A stretch of DNA of 64,000 bases from positions 116,555 to 180,554 of the forward strand of contig JAGYNB010000002.1 in the NCBI GenBank assembly GCA_018400015.1, in the 5' to 3' direction. Source of the DNA: Candidatus Omnitrophota bacterium (GTDB lineage Bacteria > Omnitrophota > Gorgyraeia > Gygaellales > Gygaellaceae). The translations under genes were made by a program, and so were the position numbers. Positions 19,793 through 30,171 of this stretch are shown one piece after another. How positions within the stretch are numbered: the first letter of the stretch is position 1; each line of letters opens with the position of its first letter. Under the pieces are notes generated by a model, which was not told the origin of the DNA, searched no databases, and saw nothing but the letters and a program-made list of their open reading frames with translations.

Positions 19793-20500
19793 ATGATTGA
19801 TTTAATGGCTTTGTTGTTGGTAAGCTTTTATGCGATTATGGGCATCAAAAAGGGTTTTTTAAGGCTTTTTGTTGAATTGGTTGGTTTAAGCGTAGCGCTT
19901 ACAGTATGTTATTTTTTTTATAAGTCCGGTCATAATCCTTTGAAGACATTTTTCTTGCTGGTAGTTTTAAGTATAGTTTTACCTCTTATTGCTCGTTTTC
20001 TATTGGTAGGTTTTAAGCGGAAAAAGGAACAGCATCATTCATCTTTGAGCGTTTTTTCAGGTAGCATTTTAGGTATTGCCTGGGCAGTCGTGGTGATTTT
20101 TCTATTCTTTTTTATAGTTGATATCGTGCCTAGAAGTTTGCCTTATGCCGAGGAGGTACATTATTTAATCGAAGACTCAAGGTCTTATAAGATTTATCTT
20201 GATAATTCTCCGCTGGAGGGCAATACCCTGCTTAAGAAAATTAGATACGCAGGGCAGTTAATGGCGGATAAGGAGTTGATCAGTGTTCTTAAAGACGCAG
20301 ATGAATTAAAGGCTGTTTTTAATAATAAAAAAGTCCAGGCAATTGCTAACGATAAGGAGCTGACACAGGCGATAGAGAAAAAAGATATCGTTAAGATTTT
20401 GTCTAGTCCTAAAATTATCGATTTTTTGCAGGATGGTTATCTGATGGAGCGTTTTATGGAGGTTGATTTAGAGGATATAATTAATGAACGATCTCAATGA
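19793..20500 (+). CDS. CvpA (colicin V production) family membrane protein with soluble C-terminal extension
   Basis: MIDL...G.KKGF N-terminus, four TM segments, G..LG motif; AGGAGG RBS; upstream TATAAT at 19762. Confidence 0.7.
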   Translation: MIDLMALLLVSFYAIMGIKKGFLRLFVELVGLSVALTVCYFFYKSGHNPLKTFFLLVVLSIVLPLIARFLLVGFKRKKEQHHSSLSVFSGSILGIAWAVVVIFLFFFIVDIVPRSLPYAEEVHYLIEDSRSYKIYLDNSPLEGNTLLKKIRYAGQLMADKELISVLKDADELKAVFNNKKVQAIANDKELTQAIEKKDIVKILSSPKIIDFLQDGYLMERFMEVDLEDIINERSQ

Positions 20501-23406
20501 GCGGTAATTTAAATAAATATAATAAACAACAGCTTCAGGCAATTACCCATAAAGATGGCCCTTGTTTGATTATTGCTGGTGCTGGCACAGGTAAGACAAC
20601 TGTTATTACCGAAAGGATTGCCTGGCTTATTTCAGAGGGTTTAGCTAAAACAGATGAGATTTTAGCCCTTACTTTTACCGATAAGGCTGCTTTGCAGATG
20701 CTTGAGCGTGTTGATGTATTAGTTCCCTATGGTTATGTAGATATTTGGATTTCTACGTTTCATGCGTTTGGGGATAGAGTTTTGAGGGATAATGCGTTAG
20801 CGGGAGGATTTAATCCTGATTTTAAGGTAATGACTAGGGCTGAAAGCGCAGTTTTCTTCAGAGAACATCTATCGGAATTTGACCTTAAATATTTCAAGCC
20901 GTTGGCAGACCCCACGCGTTTTATCGATGCTTTGATTTCTTTTTTCTCAAGGGCCAAAGATGAGGATATCTCTACACAGGATTATTTTGATTTTGTAAAA
21001 CTTTTGACTGTTAGGCTGGAGTCTTCGCCTTATGACGAGGCTTTAAAAGAGGAGTTACTTTTGCATTCCGAGCTTTCTAAAGCGTATGCAAAATATCAAG
21101 AGCTTATTAAAGATAATGGTGTTATTGATTTTGGCAATCAGTTTTATATGGCTCTTAATCTTTTTAGGGAGCACCCGCGGGTTTTAAAAAAATACCAGGA
21201 TCAATTTAAATATATTTTAGTAGATGAGTTTCAGGATACTAATTTTGCGCAGTTTCAGATAGTTAAGCTTCTTTCGGGTGAGAAGAAAAATATAGTCGTT
21301 GTTGCCGATGACGATCAGTGCATATACCGATGGAGAGGAGCTGCATACAGTAATGTTTTGAATTTTATCGATGTTTTTCCCAAAACAAAAAAGATTAGCC
21401 TGATTAAAAATTATCGTTCCAATCAGAAGATATTGGATACCGCTTATAGACTAATTCAATTTAACAATCCCGAACGGTTTGAAGTAAAAAGCGGCATAGA
21501 CAAAAAACTTGTAGCTTTTACTGAAGGAGGAAGCGCGCCGAATTACCGTCATTTTGATTCAGTTAATGAGGAGGCAGATTGGATTGCCGACAATATTAAA
21601 GAAAAAGTCGCATTAAAAGAATTTAAATATGGTGATTTTGCAATTCTTGTTAGGTCAAATTCTGATGCCCAGCCATTTTTGCAGGCATTGAACATGTTAG
21701 GCATACCTTGGCAATTTAGCGGCGCACAGGGTTTATACGGAAGAAATGAAATAAAGCTTTGTTTGCATTTTTTAAGGGCTGTGGCCAATCCTTTTCAGTC
21801 GTTGAGTCTATTTTATCTTGCCAGCAGTCATATATATAATCTTAAAATAGTTGATTTAACCCGTTGCATGCATTATTCCAAAAGAAGCAACAGGGCTCTT
21901 TATGAAATATTCAAACATATTGATTCTATATCTGAGCTTAAGGATTTAAGTTCGGAATTTATGGATAAGGTCACGAGTTTTATCAATGAATTGGACACGT
22001 TTATTAGTTTATCACGTGATGAATCTGTTGGCAGGCTTTTGTATTCGTTCTTAACGAACAGCGGATGGCTGAAGAGACTTACCAGCGATATTAATTCGCA
22101 GAATGAAGAGATTATTCAGAATATCGCTAAATTCTTTAATATCGTACGTAATTTTGAGCTTGTTGCTAAAGAATCTCGTGTGTTGAATTTTGTAAGTTAT
22201 ATAGATTTATTGATAGAATCCGGAGACGATCCGAAGACTGCCCAGACAGATATTAATGATGATTTGGTTAATGTTTTGACAATTCATAAGGCGAAAGGTT
22301 TGGAATTTCGGGTAGTTTTTTTAGTTAGTTTGGTTAATGGTAAATTCCCCGTCCGCCACAGGAAAGAGTCAATCGAATTACCTTTTGAGCTTGTAAAAGA
22401 AGTTTTGCCTAAGGGAGATTTTCATCTTCAGGAGGAGAGAAGATTGTTTTATGTTGGGCTTACTCGTGCAAAAGAGTATTTGTATTTAACTTCTGCCGAT
22501 GATTACGGCGGTAAGCAGTCCAGGCGCTTAAGTCAGTTTGTTATCGAGGCTTTGGGTTCTGTCGATATATCAAAAGATAAGAAGACGCGAAGTTCGATTG
22601 AAGCTATAAATCGATTTGCAAGTTTTGAGCAAAAGCCCCAAAGCGTTAATAAAAAAATCAAAAAGGAGAGTTTGCTCGCTTTAAGTTTTTATCAGATAGA
22701 TGATTATCTTACCTGTCCATTAAAATATAAGTATATCCATGTTTTGAGAGTTCCAATTTTAGAACATCATACGGTTATATACGGAAGGGCAATGCACAAT
22801 GCAGTTACAGCATACTTTCAACGTAAAGCTTCAGGAAGAAAAATGACCCAGGAAGAGCTTATTGATTTCTTTGTCCAAAGTTTTGAAGCAAAAGGTTTTT
22901 TAGATCAAAAACATCAGATTCAGCGTTTTGAGATCGGCAAGAAAGCCTTGTTTGATTTCTTTATAAGAGAAGAAAGATTAAACAAAACACCTCTTTTTAT
23001 AGAAAAAGATTTTTCTTTTGTATACGAGAACAATAAAATTATAGGCCGTTTCGACAGGGTAGATAAAGAAGCGGATGGTATTATAATTATGGATTATAAA
23101 ACCTCAGAGTTGAAAAAACAAAAGGATGTAGATAAGCGTACTAAGGAGAGCATGCAGCTTGTGTTATATTCTATGGCCTACGATAAGATATTTGGTATAA
23201 AGCCGGTTAGGGTGCAGCTTTATTTTCTAGAGTCGGGTCTAATCGGAACGCATATCGTAACAGAAAAAGATATTGAAAGATTAAAAAATAAAATAAATCA
23301 AGTTTCTCAGGGTATAAGAAACGCATTCTTCAAAGCTCAGCCAGGGTTTATGGCCTGTAATTATTGCGCTTACAATTCTATTTGTGGCGATTCAGCAAAG
23401 AAGTGA
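20497..23406 (+). CDS. UvrD/PcrA-like SF1 helicase fused to a C-terminal PD-(D/E)XK Fe-S nuclease
   Basis: AGAGTGKT, LTFT, DEFQD, QCIYRWRGA, NYRS, TIHKAKGLEF, EERRLFYVGLTRA; then CPLKY, GRFDRVD, DYKT, QL..Y, CNYCAYNSIC. Confidence 0.92.
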   Translation: MSGNLNKYNKQQLQAITHKDGPCLIIAGAGTGKTTVITERIAWLISEGLAKTDEILALTFTDKAALQMLERVDVLVPYGYVDIWISTFHAFGDRVLRDNALAGGFNPDFKVMTRAESAVFFREHLSEFDLKYFKPLADPTRFIDALISFFSRAKDEDISTQDYFDFVKLLTVRLESSPYDEALKEELLLHSELSKAYAKYQELIKDNGVIDFGNQFYMALNLFREHPRVLKKYQDQFKYILVDEFQDTNFAQFQIVKLLSGEKKNIVVVADDDQCIYRWRGAAYSNVLNFIDVFPKTKKISLIKNYRSNQKILDTAYRLIQFNNPERFEVKSGIDKKLVAFTEGGSAPNYRHFDSVNEEADWIADNIKEKVALKEFKYGDFAILVRSNSDAQPFLQALNMLGIPWQFSGAQGLYGRNEIKLCLHFLRAVANPFQSLSLFYLASSHIYNLKIVDLTRCMHYSKRSNRALYEIFKHIDSISELKDLSSEFMDKVTSFINELDTFISLSRDESVGRLLYSFLTNSGWLKRLTSDINSQNEEIIQNIAKFFNIVRNFELVAKESRVLNFVSYIDLLIESGDDPKTAQTDINDDLVNVLTIHKAKGLEFRVVFLVSLVNGKFPVRHRKESIELPFELVKEVLPKGDFHLQEERRLFYVGLTRAKEYLYLTSADDYGGKQSRRLSQFVIEALGSVDISKDKKTRSSIEAINRFASFEQKPQSVNKKIKKESLLALSFYQIDDYLTCPLKYKYIHVLRVPILEHHTVIYGRAMHNAVTAYFQRKASGRKMTQEELIDFFVQSFEAKGFLDQKHQIQRFEIGKKALFDFFIREERLNKTPLFIEKDFSFVYENNKIIGRFDRVDKEADGIIIMDYKTSELKKQKDVDKRTKESMQLVLYSMAYDKIFGIKPVRVQLYFLESGLIGTHIVTEKDIERLKNKINQVSQGIRNAFFKAQPGFMACNYCAYNSICGDSAKK

Positions 23407-23531
23407 TAATGAAGTATAAGGATTATGTTTTAGCTAATTCTGCGTTCTTTATTATTAGCTGTTGGTATAACCGTTTGATAAGCTTAATCTTTTGACTTTT
23501 TTTTGATATATAAATCCCGTTGAACAAAAAC

Positions 23532-23560
23532 TTGACTTGATTTAATAATGATAGTATACT
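23532..23560 (+). promoter_or_regulatory. Sigma70 promoter of rpsO-pnp
   Basis: TTGACT, 17 bp spacer, TATACT; AAGGAGG RBS before GTG 23589. Confidence 0.8.
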
Positions 23561-23588
23561 ATCAACGCAATTAAGGAGGATAAAGCTA

Positions 23589-23855
23589 GTGATTTCAAAA
23601 GACAAAAAACAACAACTGATTAACGATTTTAAAACACATACCAGAGATACTGGTTCTGCAGAGGTTCAGATAGCAATTCTGACCGAAAGAATCAATTCTT
23701 TAAGTGAGCATTTTAAAGAGCACAAAAAAGATCACCATTCTCGTCGTGGGCTCTTGACAATGGTTGGCAAGCGCCGACGTCTACTCGATTATCTTAAAAA
23801 AATCGACCTTAAGAAATATCAGGATCTCATCCAAAAACTAAATCTCAGAAAGTAG
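23589..23855 (+). CDS. rpsO: 30S ribosomal protein S15
   Basis: [28 protein letters not shown]. Confidence 0.98.
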   Translation: MISKDKKQQLINDFKTHTRDTGSAEVQIAILTERINSLSEHFKEHKKDHHSRRGLLTMVGKRRRLLDYLKKIDLKKYQDLIQKLNLRK

Positions 23856-23861
23856 CTTTTA

Positions 23862-25937
23862 ATGAAACCTTTAGAATTTAAGTTAAATTTTGGTAATAAA
23901 GAATTAATTATTGAAACCGGCAAGATTGCCAAACAGGCAAATGGAGCCGTAACTGTAACTTGTGGTGGTACAGTTGTTTTGGTTACCGTATGTATGTCAA
24001 AAGAACCTAAAGAAGGTATAGATTTCTTTCCTTTGACAGTTGAATACCAGGAAAAGACTTACGCTGCAGGTAGAATTCCTGGAGGATTTTTCAAACGTGA
24101 GGGAAGGCCATCAGAAGGCGAAATTCTTACAGCCCGTCTTATAGATAGGCCCATAAGGCCTTTGTTTCCTAAAGGGTTTAGGAATGATGTGCAGATTATG
24201 GCAATAGTTCTATCAAGCGATGGACAGAATGACCCAGATGTCTTGGCGATTGTCGGCGCTTCAACTGCTTTAAGCATTTCTGAAATTCCTTTTAACGGTC
24301 CTTTGGGCGCTTGTCGCGTGTGCCTTATTGATGATAATTTTGTAATCAACCCAATTTATTCTGATAGAGAAAAGAGCCTGCTTGATTTGGTGGTTGTTGG
24401 AGCTGGCAATGGGCCGATTATGCTTGAATCACGCAGTAATGAGATTTCGGAAGAAAAGTATTTTGAGGCTATAAAATTTGGCTATGAAAAGCTTCAGGAA
24501 CTGATTAAGTTACAGGAGGATATTGTCAAACAATGCGGTAAGAAGAAGATAGAACCTAAATTGAAATCAATAGATGAAACCGTATTGAATAAAGTTAAGG
24601 AGCTTGCTTTAGATAGACTTCAGGGTATTATGCAGCTTCCTGATAAGGAGCAAAGGGAAGAGGCGCTGGATTCATTGAATAAAGATATACAAGAAAAGCT
24701 GCTTTCTGAAGAGGTAACAGTGCAGATGATTAAAGAAAGCGTGGTTGAGCTTGAGAAGCAAGAGGTAAGAAAGTATATCTTGAAAGATAAAAAAAGAATC
24801 GATGGTAGAAGCCAAAAAGACATAAGACCGATAAGCGGCGAAGTGGGATTATTGCCTAGAACGCACGGTTCTGGTTTGTTTACAAGAGGCCAGACACAGA
24901 GCCTTTCTGTTACTACTTTAGGAACTGGTGAGGATGAGCAGATGATAGAGGCTTTAGAAGGTGAAAGCTATAAGTCTTTTATGCTGCATTATAATTTTCC
25001 TCCTTTTAGCGTGGGTGAGACTAGACCGGTAAGAGGTCCTGGAAGGCGCGAAATTGGCCATGGAGCCTTAGCAGGTAAAGCATTAAAAGCGGTTATGCCT
25101 TCTAAAGAGCAGTTTCCCTATACGGTGCGTGTTGTCTCTGAGATTCTTGAGTCTAATGGATCTTCTAGTATGGCTACGGTTTGCGCAGCAACACTTTCTT
25201 TGATGGATGCGGGCGTACCCATAAAAGAACCGGTAGCAGGTATTGCCATTGGTTTAGTAAAAGAAGGCGATAATTACGTAATATTAAATGATATTAATGG
25301 TCTTGAAGATCATTTTGGCGATATGGATTTTAAAGTTGCCGGAACTAAAAACGGAATTACTACTTTACAGATGGATTTAAAAATCGGTGGACTTAAAATA
25401 GAACTTTTCGAAGAAGCTTTAGAAATAGCCAAGCAATCTAGAATATCGATTCTAGATAAAATAAAGGCAATAATTCCAGAGTCACGTAAGGAGTTGTCGG
25501 TTTTTGCTCCTAGAATAGTAAATCTAAAGGTAAGTCCGGATAAGATTGGAGAAGTAATTGGTCCCGGCGGTAAAACCATAAAGAAGATTATTGCTCAAAC
25601 CGGAGTTACTATTGATATTGAAGATGACGGAACGGTTTTAGTTGCCTCAAGTGAAGAATCAGCTATGAAAAAGGCGATTTCTATAATAGAATCACTCACT
25701 AAAGAGGTTCAGTCTGGCGAAGTCTATGATGCCGTGGTAAAGAAAGTTACAAATTTTGGTGCTTTTTGTGAGATACTGCCTGGAAAAGAAGGTCTTGTCC
25801 ATGTATCCGAATTGGCCGATCATTACGTCAAGGATGTTGCCAGCGAAGTGAAGGTGGGAGATAAGTTTAAAGTAAAGGTTATTGAGATAGACGATTTAGG
25901 CCGGATCAATCTAAGCAAGAAGCAAATAGAACAGTAA
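23862..25937 (+). CDS. pnp: Polynucleotide phosphorylase
   Basis: FFPLTVEY, RLIDRPIRP, RREIGHG, ESNGSSS, GDMDFKVAG; KH and S1 domains. Confidence 0.98.
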   Translation: MKPLEFKLNFGNKELIIETGKIAKQANGAVTVTCGGTVVLVTVCMSKEPKEGIDFFPLTVEYQEKTYAAGRIPGGFFKREGRPSEGEILTARLIDRPIRPLFPKGFRNDVQIMAIVLSSDGQNDPDVLAIVGASTALSISEIPFNGPLGACRVCLIDDNFVINPIYSDREKSLLDLVVVGAGNGPIMLESRSNEISEEKYFEAIKFGYEKLQELIKLQEDIVKQCGKKKIEPKLKSIDETVLNKVKELALDRLQGIMQLPDKEQREEALDSLNKDIQEKLLSEEVTVQMIKESVVELEKQEVRKYILKDKKRIDGRSQKDIRPISGEVGLLPRTHGSGLFTRGQTQSLSVTTLGTGEDEQMIEALEGESYKSFMLHYNFPPFSVGETRPVRGPGRREIGHGALAGKALKAVMPSKEQFPYTVRVVSEILESNGSSSMATVCAATLSLMDAGVPIKEPVAGIAIGLVKEGDNYVILNDINGLEDHFGDMDFKVAGTKNGITTLQMDLKIGGLKIELFEEALEIAKQSRISILDKIKAIIPESRKELSVFAPRIVNLKVSPDKIGEVIGPGGKTIKKIIAQTGVTIDIEDDGTVLVASSEESAMKKAISIIESLTKEVQSGEVYDAVVKKVTNFGAFCEILPGKEGLVHVSELADHYVKDVASEVKVGDKFKVKVIEIDDLGRINLSKKQIEQ

Positions 25938-28105
25938 TGAAGAAGAAGTACCTTGATGAGATCAAGGCAGTAATTATTTTTTCTTTGGGTTTGTTTTTAT
26001 TGATTAGTCTCACTTCTTACAATCCTCTCGATTTATCATTTAATACATCAACTCCAAATAAACCTGCAGAAAATCTTTGCGGTTTAGTTGGCGCATGGAT
26101 AGGTTTAAGCCTGTTTTTTTTATTAGGCTGGGCTGCTTTTATTGTTCCAATAATAGTTTTTATCTGGGCGGTGAAAAAGTTTAAGGGTGACGAGACGAAT
26201 CTTTACGGATTGCGTATTTTTGGTCTTGTCGGAGTGTTCCTTACATTTAGCGCTATATTAAGTATTACCGGTCCGGCTGCAGATGTTTTGCGTTTTAAGC
26301 GAGGCGGGTTCTTAGGGGTTATTGTCGGAGATTTCTTACTTAAGTATTTTAAGATTACCGGCAGTTACGTAGTGCTTATTACGTTAGGCGTTTTGTTTTT
26401 TGTTCTTTTTGCTGAATTTATGGTTTCAAATCTCTTAATTAAAATTTTGAATTTTATAAAAAATATATTTTCTAATTTTAATCTGCCTGAAATTTTCAAG
26501 AGAATAAAGGTTAAGAGACCATCTTTACCAAAGAAAGAAAAACCAATTCTCAAGAAATCGATTATAGAAGAAAAGCCTGTTAAGCAAAAAGAAGAGGCTT
26601 TTAAAAGAGATGTTCATCCGCAGATTAAGGTAAAGACCGAATCGGATATAAAAAAAGAACCGCTTCGTGAAGCAGTCAGGCCTATAATGATCGGTGATTA
26701 TAAACTTCCTTCAATAGATCTTTTGGAGGATGCGCCCAGTCTTAGTTCGCGTCAGATTAAGGAAGATTTGACCACTAGCGCTAAAATATTAGAGGAAACC
26801 CTTGAGGATTTTGGAATTATTGCTAAGGTAACCAATATTGAAAAAGGTCCGGTAATAACTCGTTATGAACTTGAGCCTGCTCCAGGGGTAAAGGTTCAAA
26901 AAATTACCAGTTTATCTGATGATATTGCTTTGACAATGAAGGCTCAATCTGTAAGGATTGTTGCTCCTATTCCAGGAAAAGGAAGAGTGGGGGTTGAGGT
27001 GCCTAATAGTCAATCTGCGCTGGTTTATTTAAAAGATGTATTAAACAGTAAGGTTTTTTTTGGTTCATCTTCAAAGCTTGCGCTTGCTTTGGGAAAAGAT
27101 ATTACCGGTGCACCTGTTGTAGCCGCTTTAGATGATATGCCGCATTTGTTGATTGCCGGCACTACCGGTTCAGGTAAAACTGTATGTGTAAATTCTTTAA
27201 TTATGTCATTATTATATAAGTTAAGTCCTAACGAATTAAAGTTTATTATGATTGATCCTAAGATGGTAGAGCTTGCTTGTTATAACGGTTTGGCACATCT
27301 ATTATGTCCGGTAATAACCGATACAAAGAAAGTTTCCGCTGCTTTGAATTGGCTGGTTTCAGAAATGGAAAATCGTTATAACTTGTTGGCTAATGCCGGT
27401 GCAAGAAATATCGACGCCTACAATAAAAAAGGCGAGAATATGCCTTATATAGTGGTTATTATTGACGAGTTGGCAGATCTTATGATGGCGGCTGCTAATC
27501 AAATAGAGGCAGCTATTACTCGCTTAGCGCAGTTATCTAGAGCAGTAGGAATACATTTGATTTTAGCTACGCAGCGTCCGTCGGTTGATGTTATAACAGG
27601 TGTTATCAAGGCTAATTTTCCGGCAAGGGTATCATTTAAGGTTGCTTCAAAAGTCGATTCGCGCACTGTTTTAGATGCAAATGGTGCGGATAAATTATTA
27701 GGTAGAGGAGATATGTTATTTTTAAAGCCTGGCGATGCAAAATTGACCCGCGCCCAGGCGAGTTACGTTCAGGATAAAGAAATAGAACGCGTTACTGATT
27801 TTATCCGTGAGCAGGTAAAACCTGCTTATCAAGAAGATATTTTTAATGGCGCTAGTACAAAGTCTTCTTTTAATAACGCGGAGAAAGATGAGATTTTTGA
27901 CGAAGCGGTGAGAACGGTAATGGAAAGCAATCAGGCTTCAGTTTCTATTTTGCAAAGGCGTTTACGTTTAGGATATACAAGGGCAGCCAGGCTTATAGAC
28001 AGTATGGAAGCCGAAGGATTGGTAGGCCCATATGAAGGTAGTAAACCCCGTAAGATTTTGGTAGACAGAGAAGAATGGCTTGTAAAATATAAACAGAATA
28101 CTTAA
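25937..28105 (+). CDS. ftsK: DNA translocase FtsK
   Basis: N-terminal TM domain, AGTTGSGKT, IDPKMVEL, DELADLM, ATQRPS, gamma domain LQRRLRLGY.RAARL. Confidence 0.97.
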   Translation: MKKKYLDEIKAVIIFSLGLFLLISLTSYNPLDLSFNTSTPNKPAENLCGLVGAWIGLSLFFLLGWAAFIVPIIVFIWAVKKFKGDETNLYGLRIFGLVGVFLTFSAILSITGPAADVLRFKRGGFLGVIVGDFLLKYFKITGSYVVLITLGVLFFVLFAEFMVSNLLIKILNFIKNIFSNFNLPEIFKRIKVKRPSLPKKEKPILKKSIIEEKPVKQKEEAFKRDVHPQIKVKTESDIKKEPLREAVRPIMIGDYKLPSIDLLEDAPSLSSRQIKEDLTTSAKILEETLEDFGIIAKVTNIEKGPVITRYELEPAPGVKVQKITSLSDDIALTMKAQSVRIVAPIPGKGRVGVEVPNSQSALVYLKDVLNSKVFFGSSSKLALALGKDITGAPVVAALDDMPHLLIAGTTGSGKTVCVNSLIMSLLYKLSPNELKFIMIDPKMVELACYNGLAHLLCPVITDTKKVSAALNWLVSEMENRYNLLANAGARNIDAYNKKGENMPYIVVIIDELADLMMAAANQIEAAITRLAQLSRAVGIHLILATQRPSVDVITGVIKANFPARVSFKVASKVDSRTVLDANGADKLLGRGDMLFLKPGDAKLTRAQASYVQDKEIERVTDFIREQVKPAYQEDIFNGASTKSSFNNAEKDEIFDEAVRTVMESNQASVSILQRRLRLGYTRAARLIDSMEAEGLVGPYEGSKPRKILVDREEWLVKYKQNT

Positions 28106-28118
28106 AAGGTAAAATTCA

Positions 28119-28916
28119 ATGGCGGTAGGAAAACTTTTAAAAAAGCTTAGAGAAGAAAAAGGCGTTGATCTGGAACAGATCCATAAGAAAACCAAACTGC
28201 ATTATAACATTATTAATGCGTTAGAAGATGACCGGCTGCAGAATATAAATGCTACTTATGTAAAAGGTTTTATTAAAATATACTGCCGCGCTTTAGAAAT
28301 TGACGATAAAGAATATATCAAGGCGTATCAGCAGAGTCTTTCTAGGGCTTCCCAGAAAGATAAAGAAAAAGACAAAGAAAAAGCAGTTTTAAACCAGAAA
28401 CCTGTAGACAAGGTGAGGTTTTATTTCAAGAAGCCGTTTAGTCTTAAAAGATTCATAGTAAAATTATCTATTCTGGCTACGGTCATATTGTGTTTTTGGT
28501 TAGTAGTTTCTTTTATTTCTTTTTTAGGGCGTAAGATATTTTCTTCACGTTCCAAACCTAAAACAAAGACCGAAGCAGTTAAAGAAAAAGTTAATGTTTC
28601 TTTGCCTGTAAAAAAAGTCGATTCATCTAAACAGAGCTCTTCTTATTCTCAGTATCCGGTTAATATAACTCTTGACGTTAAGGGAAAAATCTGGGTTTCT
28701 GTAAAAGTTGATGGTAAGACAGTAAAACACGGTGCATTATCAAAAGGTGCTTCCGAAACATGGCGTGCTAAAAAAGAGATACTTTTAACAGTTAATAATG
28801 CCGGTTATGTGGATTTAGAGTTTAACGGCCAGAAATTTTCCCCTTTGGGCAAGAAAGGCCAAGCATATAAAAACGTTCAGATAACGCCTTCTGGCATATC
28901 CATTCCCAATCAATAA
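28119..28916 (+). CDS. rodZ: RodZ-like cell-shape protein (HTH-TM-DUF4115)
   Basis: G..LK..RE, ALE, YVKGFIKIY HTH; single TM; W.SV.VDG...NAG; ftsK-rodZ-rimO-pgsA synteny. Confidence 0.85.
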   Translation: MAVGKLLKKLREEKGVDLEQIHKKTKLHYNIINALEDDRLQNINATYVKGFIKIYCRALEIDDKEYIKAYQQSLSRASQKDKEKDKEKAVLNQKPVDKVRFYFKKPFSLKRFIVKLSILATVILCFWLVVSFISFLGRKIFSSRSKPKTKTEAVKEKVNVSLPVKKVDSSKQSSSYSQYPVNITLDVKGKIWVSVKVDGKTVKHGALSKGASETWRAKKEILLTVNNAGYVDLEFNGQKFSPLGKKGQAYKNVQITPSGISIPNQ

Positions 28917-28923
28917 ATTTTGA

Positions 28924-30171
28924 ATGTCCAAGCAGTTTAATTTAATAAGTTTGGGTTGTCCAAGAAACCTCGCCGATTCCGAGCTTATTATTTCCCGATT
29001 AGTTAATAAAGGTTTTGTATTTTCAAACAATGACTCTTCGCGTATTGTTTTTGTCAATACTTGCGGTTTTATTGATCAGGCAAAAAAAGAATCAATAGAA
29101 GCGATTTTAGACCTTTTGGAGCTTAAAAAAAGTAAAAAGATCGATAAATTGATTGTTTTTGGTTGTTTGGTACAGAGATATGCTAGGGAATTAATCGGCG
29201 CTTTAAAAGGGGTAGATGCATTCATGGGGGTTTTATCTTTAGACGAAAAAAGAGTTTCAACAAGATGTTTTCTTACTCCTTCTCATTATGGGTATGTTAA
29301 AATCTGCGAAGGTTGTAATAATAATTGCAGTTATTGCGCGATTCCAAAGATTAAAGGCAGATTAAAAAGCCGCAAAAAAGAATCAATTGTAAGTCAAGTT
29401 AGGGCCCTTAATAGGACAGGTTTGAAAGAACTAATTCTTATTGGTCAGGACACAACTTCTTACGGGGTAGATTTTAAGAAAGATTATAATTTAGCAAGCT
29501 TATTAAGAGAAATTTATAGGGCAGGGAAGAATATTTCTTGGATTAGGCTTTTGTATCTTCATCCCGAATACATAAACAATTCATTGATTGAAGAGATAGC
29601 AAATAATCCAAAAGTTTGCAAATATATTGATTTGCCCATCCAGCACATTAATGATAGAATATTGAGAAAAATGAATAGACCTAATAATAGATTGGGGATA
29701 GAAAAGCTTATTGGCAAGATCCGTAGAAGAATTAAAAATGTTGCTATCAGAACTTCATTGATAGTAGGTTTTCCTGGAGAATCAAAAAGTGAGTTTAAGG
29801 AACTTCTTGCATTTGTGCGCGATATGAAATTTGAAAAATTAGGTGTATTTATTTATTCCAGAGAGGAAAATACCTTGGCTTACGCGATAAAACCGCAGGT
29901 TGAGGCGCGTATCAAGAAAGAACGTTTTGCAAAAATTATGCAGCTACAGCAGGGAATTTCCGCAGAACTTAATAAAGAGTTTGTCAGTAAGAACGTAAAG
30001 GTTTTAATTGATGAAATAGGCAGCTCTTATTTTTTAGCAAGAACGCAGTATGATGCCCCTGATATCGACGGTAACGTTTTTATAAAAACCAATAAGAAAC
30101 TTCAAACTGGAGATTTTGTAAGTTGTAAGATTGTAGATTCATACGAATACGATTTGTTAGGAGAATATTAA
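28924..30171 (+). CDS. rimO: Ribosomal protein S12 methylthiotransferase
   Basis: LGCPRN, NTCGFI..AK.ES, CNNNCSYC, APDIDG TRAM domain. Confidence 0.95.
   Translation: MSKQFNLISLGCPRNLADSELIISRLVNKGFVFSNNDSSRIVFVNTCGFIDQAKKESIEAILDLLELKKSKKIDKLIVFGCLVQRYARELIGALKGVDAFMGVLSLDEKRVSTRCFLTPSHYGYVKICEGCNNNCSYCAIPKIKGRLKSRKKESIVSQVRALNRTGLKELILIGQDTTSYGVDFKKDYNLASLLREIYRAGKNISWIRLLYLHPEYINNSLIEEIANNPKVCKYIDLPIQHINDRILRKMNRPNNRLGIEKLIGKIRRRIKNVAIRTSLIVGFPGESKSEFKELLAFVRDMKFEKLGVFIYSREENTLAYAIKPQVEARIKKERFAKIMQLQQGISAELNKEFVSKNVKVLIDEIGSSYFLARTQYDAPDIDGNVFIKTNKKLQTGDFVSCKIVDSYEYDLLGEY

Noticed and set aside
23423-23605. 60-aa minus ORF, or an S15 autoregulatory leader, upstream of rpsO
   Set aside because: The ORF overlaps the rpsO promoter and has no motifs. 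The predicted leader is only about 22 nt, too short for known S15 leader structures.
28355-28385. AAAGA-rich repeat in rodZ
   Set aside because: Encodes a low-complexity KDKEKDKEK linker.
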